20,000 bases of DNA. Source: Trichoplax sp. H2. Its lineage: Eukaryota. Shown piece by piece: positions 13,201 to 20,000 of the stretch. The translations under genes were made by a program, and so were the position numbers. The stretch spans positions 122,057 to 142,056 of the forward strand of contig NOWV01000193.1 in assembly GCA_003344405.1 (NCBI GenBank), read 5' to 3'. The notes under the pieces were generated by a model. The model had not been told where the DNA came from and made no database searches. It saw only the letters and a list, made by a program, of their open reading frames with translations. How positions within the stretch are numbered: the stretch's first letter is position 1; every line of letters begins with the position of its first letter.

Positions 13201-16200
13201 AACGTATCTTAACGCTTTCTTGATAACTCAATTACTATTTTGATAACATCATGAAATGCATTCTAGGTATCTCTCTTTGAATCTTATTTCAAATTTACCA
13301 GATGGCATTTTCATTGGATTGGATCAGCTGGTCGTTTTGTAAGTTAAACTTTAATTTTATCTAAGTAATTAGCTTTAAAATAAGACAGTTTTTAGTAATA
13401 GATTGCCATGGGCTATAGTAATCATTAAGTTTAGGAGATAATAGATTAACTAAGTTTTAAATTAGCTGGATCTTAAATTGAAATGAATAAGTCTTATAAC
13501 CTATCACTGTACTAAATAAAAAATAATTAAATTCGAATGGTTTAGGCAATTAGACAACAACAAGCTCAAAACTATCGATCGACAGTTGTTTGCTGGTTTA
13601 ATTAAATTGCAAGAATTGTAAGTGCTGGTGCCTGTTATAGCCTGGCAAAATCATAAAATGGGAGCGAGTGCATTCAGTCATTTCACTATTGCTTCATTAT
13701 CTCTAAGTTGACATTGGTATCCCAGAATTGATCCACAGTATAGTTATTTGTAATCTAATAGTTAAAATCTATGCTTTCTTACAAAATTAAGCCAACCACA
13801 AGCGATTGCTATAGCGTATTAAAGGGTGTCAGCATCTCCAAAATGCTATAATTAATGTGGAATTCAGTCTATTCCTTTAAATTATATCTATTCCATGTGA
13901 AAATGTTACACAGCTTTCAAAATAATCTTAATAGTTTATCTAAAGAATGCCAATTTGGGACAATTGATTTAGAATTAGGAAATTTATAATGAGCTTACGT
14001 ACCAGGTCATAAATGTAAACTCGAGAATCACATCATTTAGGTGAAGTACTGTAAAAATTACTTTACGAAAGACCTACTGGTGGGCCTTTAAGTTAAACTT
14101 TATCTGTAAAAATAACGTTGACTAAAAGTTGTCGTATTTTATCTACTGATTACATCAAGTTTCTATATCAAATAGTACTTTATTCATCGTATTCTGATTC
14201 CATTACGATATTCTAACTCGTTTGTAACTGATAAAATTATTTACGTTACCAAAACTAATTTCGCGCGATAACCTGCAAAGACTATAAGTAAGGCATTTAG
14301 TGATTGATCGAGTTATCAATATAGTAGAAAATTATCAGTATCAGATTATATTGATTAAAGGGTTTAATAGCGAAACTGATGTATACATAATTTATATATT
14401 TAATATAAAGGAATCTACTAAATAATGGCATCATAAAAATTGGCCGAGATACATTTTTGGATTTGACGTACCTGCAGAATATGTAAGTTAAAATCTATCC
14501 GAAACAAATATTCATTTACTGGTGAGAGTAAATATTAATTTAAATTCAAACAGATCATGAACTGATAGATGTAATAAAATACTGTAGACACTATGAATTT
14601 AAGTACTAGAAATAATTAAAGTAAGGCTATTATTTTATCTTTCTTTCATTTAACTTACCATAAAATAACTATTAAAAAATTCCTAAAAATCTGCATCCGG
14701 CCCTGCATTACGATATTAACTCACTATCAGAATAGCTTCTTGATTTCAGCTAATATGCTACTGTCTACTAATACCTTATTATCACTACTATTTAAGACAG
14801 GATATTTTGTAGCTGCTACAATGTCATAGTAATAGGTGAATGAAACAAAAAAGTGAATATATTCTAGTTCGACATAGTTGGATTTAATTAGTATCTTACT
14901 TAATTAAATATGAATTTCTTATGAATATTAGATTGAAATTATTTACCGGTAAAATAGCGTAGCTAAGAATAACAGACTTCATTCTGGTACCCCGAAGCAT
15001 ATTTGATCTGACAGTGGGTTCTATTACCTGATTGTTGGCACTATACCCGTGTGTATATTAACCAACATACGCAACCAACCACATCATAAAGTTTCACTAC
15101 AGTCTATGAGTTTTTTCCCTCTGGCTGTCCTCACTGCCGATTAGCTTGTGCTGTTGTGTGAACTTGTGAATGAATCCTCAAATTGTCTAATTTTCAGCGA
15201 ACAGCTCTTTTCGTACATGTTGCATGTTTAAAAAAATTTTGGAATGGCTTAATAAGATCTTAATGGTACAAAGAGCATCATACTTTTGTAATTCATAATG
15301 AATCATATGAGTATACGACCGTAAGTATACTTACAATACTTCATACCTTCCCAAGATTATTCGTATATCGCACTTTACCATATAATACGATTAGACAGAA
15401 TGTCAATAATTCTGTAATTTGGCAATTAATCCTAATATCTGCCTAGCTAACGCATAGTTGTAATTATTCTTGCCTGCAGAATCTATATCAAATAGTTACA
15501 CTTTCTTATTAGTTCAATTCATCAATCATATAACTGCCCATCATACACTAATCATACCCCCAAAATGTTACAGAAATAGCCTAATAACATAAGTTCTTAT
15601 ATGTAAAGTCTAGCATAGCTACAATCATTTTGGATATTGTCCGTGCACAAGTAATTTCGAGTTTCGTATGCACGGTACACCAAACTCGAACATTAGATGG
15701 CTGTGGTGCGATATCATGAGCTGCCAAAACAAAGTCTGTAGAAATGATTAAATTTTTAGATATGTACTTGTGTTATTCAGTAAATAATAGCGAAGGGATT
15801 GCAGTCGTTAAAAGTTGGATTATTTTTATTTAAAGAAGAATAATTCAGTAGCAAATTAATGGTGAAAATTCGATTTTTGCAGTACTTAGCATTGTCCTAT
15901 GTAACATAAAAGGGATTTTAATTTACTATGTTGAGTATAATAGATTTGATGCGGACATTGTCTGTACTTGAAGTTATCCTGTAGATAGGTTCAGGGAGAA
16001 ATAGCTGACAGTAATTTGCTACCTACAGCTTTGATTTTATTTGTTGTAAATCTCGATTTGCTACTAGAGAATATCTAAGTAGTTATATTCAAGCATTTGT
16101 AAAGCTTATCCAAATTATGCAATTAGTATAATAAATTGTCAGTAATCCAATTTAAGACGGCCTTTGCCCTTGCTTTGCTTCCAGAAATCTTCGCGCAGCA

Positions 16201-19200
16201 GGAATAAATAATATCGATTATCTTGCTTTTAGCAATGCATCTCAACTGAAAACCTTGTGAGTTTATTTCCAAGATAGCTGCTGATATAAATCGTAGAGAC
16301 TTACTAAAGCAAAACTAATAAAAAGCTTTAAATATTATACAACGTAGAAATATTTAAATCATGTAGTTGTAGAGAGCATCAATAAAGACGTTTATGAATA
16401 TAGCACATTAATAAAGAACACTATTTTTAGAAATATTAAAACTTCTTTCTTCTAGAGATCTACATCGAAATTACCTAAGAGATGTTAATTTACAATTCAA
16501 TTGCCATTTTGAGAATTTTACCACATTGTATGTATAGAAATCCTTAATTTGGAGATTCTCATAATAGGTTGAAAACGAAATGTTATATGTATCGATAGCC
16601 AATAAATAATTTTTGAATCCTACGAATTATTTGTCTTTTCTAGAGATTTGTCTTTTAACTATATTACTTCCATAACGCTACAATATCCAATTCCTTCTAT
16701 CAATATTTTGTAAGTAATCATTTCTGATGAAGCTCAAACGATCATAATTATATGCTGCTAATCGCTGCTATATAATCGAATCTTAAAGAATTTATCCATG
16801 CTGATGTATTTCTTATTCCAATAATGAAGTATCTTCTCCTTTGCTATTAATATTGTAGCAATGTAACTTTTAATAGTTTAAGTTCATTGTCGAACTTGAA
16901 AATAAGAGAATTAACAAATTTAAAGGATATGTAAGTATAAATTTGCTTAGCTACAGTACTGTGGCTGCTTGCGATTAAATCAGAGAAATATCAAACGCAA
17001 TTACAACAGCATATTAATTTTTATATCCATTCTGATTTTTCGTCTTTAATATAAGTAAATCAATTTATCGATATATTGAAGTTAAAGAAGTCTGAAATGG
17101 CTATATGACCAATAATTCATGTTAGGCTATCTGTTTAGGCTATTGAGTTTTAATCTTATTCGGGTAATTCAAGAAAGACAAATCGAAAGGGCAATGAATG
17201 TTAATAGGATAGAAAGATTGTAAGTAAGCATACTAACTCTATATATCTAAATGGATGTATACTCGTAAATAAATAAGTCTGTCATTGTTGGATATCTTAG
17301 TAGTGGATCAATTATGCTCATTGGCAATCATAATGAAGTCGTAAACCCGAATTACGATAGTATTTATAAAATTCACGTAGATAAAATATGTATTTAAATT
17401 ATACTTAGATAAACGACTACTGTTTCTACTATATTTTCATATACTGTTATTATAAGATAGTAAATCTCTTAAAATTTAAGGTAATATTTCTGAGACCTTA
17501 TTAACACTTTTTATTATAAAACTCGGCGATGGCAGTGAAATATCTCATAATCGTTTATCATATATTCATGAGAAAGCATTTGAGTCTGCAAAAAGATTAA
17601 AGATCTTGTAAGTATTTTATGTCCAAGTTCTAATTATGAAGCAATAAATTATAGAAATATAGTGACATGTTATGGTTCATTATTATACTTCTATTATAAT
17701 GGTTGCAGATACATCAACAATAATGATCTGACCGATATTAACTTCGTGAAATTCCTAACTGAAATTCAGGAGATGTAAGAATCTTGTTAGTTAGAACAGA
17801 AGTTCGTTCTAGTGGATACTGCAGCTTGTCTAATAAGTGAGAATGCTGGTTTTCAAACCTAAAGCATTTAAAATACGAATCATTTTATAAAGTAGAAAAT
17901 GTATTTAAATCAGAAATAGGATACTGGCAGTAATGATGGAATTAGTATTTGCCAATAAGTAATTTAATATAATAATCGTTGATAGCAATTGATTGTATCA
18001 AACTTCCTGTAGATACAATGTAAAGTATTTTAATTTAATTAATTAGCAAGATATACACCTAAGATGTTACAGAATTTCAAATTCTACTTATATTTGATAA
18101 TAACTAAATTATGCTCTAGAATTTGGACATTTCTTAGTTGAGCATGAAGGACCTTACTGGATTTTAAGAACTAAAATTAAGTATCTTAATTACTATTTCT
18201 ATATTATTTGAAAGATATGCATCTTTCAACAAAATCAAAAAACTAGAAAGGATCACATTTTCGAGTCTAAAGCGGTTGAGAATATTGTAAGTAATGATAT
18301 ATAAAGAAACGTTACCGAACATTTTGTGAACTATACTAATAAAATTAAATTTACTAGTATGAGCAATTACGGTATGAAAATTCTTTAAGCCTGCTCTTAC
18401 CCATATATGAATAATAAGCCTTGATACTTTGCGTTACATCTAATAATTACTCGACTACCACAAACAAAGACTGAACTAAATTATAAAATTTCATTAAGCC
18501 TTGTAATGTATCGTACAAGTTCAAATTTACGAAACAGACCCAAATTGAATAATTTAAAGCTTTTACCATACCAGAATTATGTAGTGACTGCTATATCAAG
18601 CTTAATAGTTACGGTTTGTCGATAAAGTGATTAGCATTATGCCTATCTAAAAGTCCTCAAATTGCATATTCTAAACGTTGACAGCATGCAGTAACCTACT
18701 GTTGGGCCAAGAGTTTCGCGCCAGAATGTTGCTGTATGCAACGATAACTTAAACTTTTGCTGTAGTAGTTTTGCTCTGGCTGCTGTTAATTTTATTACTA
18801 TACTAGTTGCGAAACTGTTTTTGCATTTTAATGTTACATATTTGTATCTCAAACTTAATAAGTTTATGTTCAAAGTTCGCGCATTTAAACTGAGTTACTA
18901 CGTACTTTCATAATGTCCAAACTTATTCCGCTATTCTATAATTTTATATGCTATACAGATAGGAAGGAGTCCTCGAGTTACCTTTACTTCCTATAGAATG
19001 CGTATTACTGTAGGATTCTACAACTAATAAACTGCTGCCTATCATATTAACGGGATATTTATCTCTTATCGCGCCTACCATTTCGATTAAATATAAAGTC
19101 CTGCTTGTTTGCATGATTCTATAAGATACATTGAAATGATCGTTATACTGTAGTTGAGTACTTCATTTTGGATTTCATATTTTCATTTGAGTGCTTACTA

Positions 19201-19957
19201 TAATTACTACAACTATAAACTACTAGAAATTATGCCGGTATAATTTCTAGCAATCCTGCTATAGCAAAGTACAGCATTGGCGGTTTATAAAATAGGACAT
19301 TTATAAGTATATTTGTATGCTAGCTAGTGGGTACTTTAGTCCTCTCACTAAGTGTTGTCGGTACCAATTGCGATGTATGATATGCTGTGACATTCATTAA
19401 TTAATGCATCATCAATATTATAATTTTGTTGTGTGATGAATCATATGTTGACACCTAGCTACTAATTAACTAATATTAAATGTCATAGAAAGTGTGTTGT
19501 GATTCTGACTATAATAAGTATGTAGACTGGGTTATTAATTAATTACTATTTTTGTACCAACGAAGTTGGTGAGGATATATAAAGTCTCAAAGTTCTTAAT
19601 TGAGAGTTAGTTACGTTAGTCGATGACAGATGGTTATCAGTTGCTAGTCGTAATTGTAAGTTGTGCGTTCAATCGGACATTTTAATAAAATAGCTTCTAG
19701 AATAAAGTTTTGATCTTTAACGTGAGTAATCTATCGTCTAAGACTCGAATCTAAGTTTGTTTGATTAAAGAGTACTTAGAGTTAGTTACTAAGATAGTTA
19801 AGTCTACTTTAGAGGAAAGAATCCCGTTTAATTCTTGTGTTACAATCTCGGTTGTGACATATGCTTTATTTCAATTTTGAAAAAGAAATATATCTTCCAA
19901 TATAATTGAAAATTTTAACGTGAATGCCCTTTCCGAAGTAACCAGTTTAGAGGAACT
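1187..19957 (+). CDS. Multi-exon LRR ectodomain protein gene (signal peptide + LRRNT-like cap + >=26 LRRs), 3'-incomplete; candidate LRR-GPCR (LGR-like) or other LRR receptor
   Basis: Manual splicing of ~31 AG..GT-bounded exons gives one open frame of ~2198 nt with repeated xLxxNxIxxLxxxxFxxLxxLxxL motifs. One-LRR-per-exon 72-nt phase-2 organisation is typical of animal extracellular LRR genes. No LRRCT, TM or stop codon in the window. Confidence 0.93.
1427..1577 (+). CDS. Cys-rich LRRNT-like cap exon (LGTLKLCDSCYENSCCNCVDWTICYGRMSSIYTNATDAPNDISTSSIQSL)
   Basis: TAG acceptor, GTAAGA donor, 151 nt (phase 1 to 2), open frame. Cys cluster followed by P-x-D-I...I-x-x-L resembles an LRRNT. Confidence 0.88.
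1753..1805 (+). CDS. Irregular linker exon (IYNNSLQINKKNIKELF), phase 2 to 1
   Basis: TTATTTCTTCAG acceptor and GTTAGT donor (same donor as at 10239). Frame is restored only together with 1902-1914. Confidence 0.55.
1902..1914 (+). CDS. Putative 13-nt microexon (C-N-I-S-S), phase 1 to 2
   Basis: CTCTTATTTTTAG acceptor and consensus GTAAGT donor 13 nt apart. 53+13=66 nt restores phase 2. Confidence 0.55.
2720..2779 (+). CDS. 60-nt phase 2-2 linker or degenerate LRR exon (YVENLNSTIQELLFCSYRN-I)
   Basis: CTCAG acceptor, GTAAGT donor, open frame, symmetric phase 2. Confidence 0.7.
2935..3006 (+). CDS. LRR exon 1, 72 nt (AIYSSHIYRLAPETFERCDNLKTL)
   Basis: TCAG / GTAAGT; LRR pattern. Confidence 0.9.
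3234..3308 (+). CDS. LRR exon 2, 75 nt (SFIQNFLKFDEIVDVVTALDSLKGL)
   Basis: GCAG / GTGAGT; irregular LRR. Confidence 0.85.
3578..4129. repeat. Left arm of long intronic inverted repeat (possible dispersed repeat or TE fragment)
   Basis: Reverse complement aligns with 6312-6837 at ~96% identity by eye, except a divergent patch near 3900-3960. Confidence 0.95.
4363..4446 (+). CDS. LRR exon 3, 84 nt (VIKANKFKDSPVNFRNLFCNQLGSLKI-F)
   Basis: TTTTCACAG / GTAAGT; open frame. Confidence 0.85.
4629..4700 (+). CDS. LRR exon 4, 72 nt (VYEYERLVDIGIKTFHYLPNLTTL)
   Basis: TTTAG / GTACGT; lies within ORF-track ORF 4489..4719. Confidence 0.9.
5215..5286 (+). CDS. LRR exon 5, 72 nt (GLSHNRIVQLRPENFANLINLQVL)
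   Basis: TTGCAG / GTACGT; canonical LRR. Confidence 0.95.
5415..5486 (+). CDS. LRR exon 6, 72 nt (NISHNRIHLILENTFISLKKLRHL)
   Basis: TTTTAG / GTAAGT; canonical LRR. Confidence 0.95.
6312..6837. repeat. Right arm of long intronic inverted repeat
   Basis: Reverse complement of 3578-4129. Contains an internal ~32-bp copy (6482-6513) of its own outer end (6809-6841). Confidence 0.95.
7989..8060 (+). CDS. LRR exon 7, 72 nt (NMAVNNVRKIDSDTFYGLENLKYI)
   Basis: CTAG / GTAAGT. Confidence 0.95.
8784..8855 (+). CDS. LRR exon 8, 72 nt (NLKMNHIEQIHNQVLESLPNLLHL)
   Basis: TTTTTTAG / GTAAGA. Confidence 0.95.
9322..9393 (+). CDS. LRR exon 9, 72 nt (NLEANSISSMTSETFYGMQNLKFI)
   Basis: TTTTAG / GTGAGT. Confidence 0.95.
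9815..9886 (+). CDS. LRR exon 10, 72 nt (KMANNRLTVIQSGAFQNLSNLQKI)
   Basis: TTTCTCAG / GTAAGC. Confidence 0.95.
10167..10238 (+). CDS. LRR exon 11, 72 nt (YLNRNFIVKLEDNAFSNLPSLKIL)
   Basis: CTTTAG / GTTAGT. Confidence 0.95.
11715..11783 (+). CDS. LRR exon 12, 69 nt (NLNRNEIKTMSKPFHQLPQLRYL)
   Basis: CACAG acceptor; weak GTTATT donor at the conserved phase-2 position. Confidence 0.85.
11881..11958 (+). CDS. LRR exon 13, 78 nt (DLSYNLIYDENISRTALSDLIRLETL)
   Basis: TATAG / GTAAGG. Confidence 0.93.
12112..12183 (+). CDS. LRR exon 14, 72 nt (DLSGNHIKKLANSSFCGLTNLKYL)
   Basis: TCTAG / GTGAGT. Confidence 0.95.
12877..12913 (+). repeat. Degenerate interstitial telomere-like (TTAGGG)n tract, ~6 units
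   Basis: TTAGGG TCAGAGG TCAGGG TTAGGG TTAGGG TTAGAG. Confidence 0.8.
13267..13338 (+). CDS. LRR exon 15, 72 nt (YLSLNLISNLPDGIFIGLDQLVVL)
   Basis: TTCTAG / GTAAGT. Confidence 0.95.
13546..13617 (+). CDS. LRR exon 16, 72 nt (QLDNNKLKTIDRQLFAGLIKLQEL)
   Basis: TTTAG / GTAAGT. Confidence 0.95.
14411..14482 (+). CDS. LRR exon 17, 72 nt (NLLNNGIIKIGRDTFLDLTYLQNI)
   Basis: AAG acceptor / GTAAGT. Confidence 0.93.
16185..16256 (+). CDS. LRR exon 18, 72 nt (NLRAAGINNIDYLAFSNASQLKTL)
   Basis: TTCCAG / GTGAGT; ladder Asn replaced by Ala. Confidence 0.93.
16456..16527 (+). CDS. LRR exon 19, 72 nt (DLHRNYLRDVNLQFNCHFENFTTL)
   Basis: TTCTAG / GTATGT. Confidence 0.92.
16644..16709 (+). CDS. LRR exon 20, 66 nt (DLSFNYITSITLQYPIPSINI-F)
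   Basis: TTTTCTAG / GTAAGT. Confidence 0.92.
16859..16930 (+). CDS. LRR exon 21, 72 nt (NVTFNSLSSLSNLKIRELTNLKD-M)
   Basis: TTGTAG / GTAAGT. Confidence 0.9.
17139..17219 (+). CDS. LRR exon 22, 81 nt (LLSFNLIRVIQERQIERAMNVNRIER-F)
   Basis: TTTAG / GTAAGT. Confidence 0.88.
17536..17607 (+). CDS. LRR exon 23, 72 nt (EISHNRLSYIHEKAFESAKRLKIL)
   Basis: GGCAG / GTAAGT. Confidence 0.94.
17709..17774 (+). CDS. LRR exon 24, 66 nt (YINNNDLTDINFVKFLTEIQEI)
   Basis: TTGCAG / GTAAGA; 22-aa SDS22-like length. Confidence 0.92.
18215..18286 (+). CDS. LRR exon 25, 72 nt (YASFNKIKKLERITFSSLKRLRIL)
   Basis: AAG acceptor / GTAAGT. Confidence 0.93.
19886..19957 (+). CDS. LRR exon 26, 72 nt (NISSNIIENFNVNALSEVTSLEEL); gene continues beyond the window
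   Basis: AAG acceptor / GTATGT. Confidence 0.92.
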
Positions 19958-20000
19958 GTATGTATTTCTTACCAAAAGCTTTACATCGATATTTTAGGAA

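Noticed and set aside
15095..15210. HDV-like ribozyme (TCCTCACT loop ... CGAA)
   Set aside because: P1, P2 and P3 pairings cannot be built with canonical spacing.
16724..16804. C/D snoRNA or hammerhead ribozyme (CTGATGA ... CTGA)
   Set aside because: No terminal stem, no stem II/GAAA core, and it sits very close to the splice donor.
2108..18873. ORF-track ORFs of 62-77 aa as stand-alone genes
   Set aside because: All are short and intronic or antisense with no recognisable motif. 4489..4719 merely contains LRR exon 4, 5175..5366 is antisense to exon 5, and the TLTLTL in 12717..12920 is the telomere-like repeat read on the minus strand.
1..20000. CRISPR array, tRNA/rRNA or prokaryotic system
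   Set aside because: No repeat-spacer array or RNA gene signature is visible; the periodic signal is spliceosomal LRR exons.

Overview
AT-rich eukaryotic DNA, probably from an invertebrate animal (style compatible with a placozoan-like genome, unproven). One + strand, multi-exon gene spans the window and encodes a secreted or membrane leucine-rich-repeat (LRR) protein. It has a probable ATG/signal-peptide exon (1187), a Cys-rich LRRNT-like cap exon (1427-1577), a few irregular linker exons including a probable 13-nt microexon, and at least 26 GT-AG-bounded exons that each encode one LRR. All 26 are phase 2-2: 19 are 72 nt and the rest 66-84 nt. The spliced CDS in the window is about 730 aa with no stop and runs off the 3' end, so the C-terminus (7TM, TIR, TM or GPI) is not visible. 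The ORF track misses this gene almost entirely. The most striking non-coding feature is a ~530-550 bp, ~96% identical inverted repeat pair (3578-4129 / 6312-6837) in two introns. It brackets four LRR exons totalling 300 nt, a layout that could drive in-frame multi-exon skipping, circRNA formation or DNA inversion. One intron also holds a short degenerate (TTAGGG)n tract.
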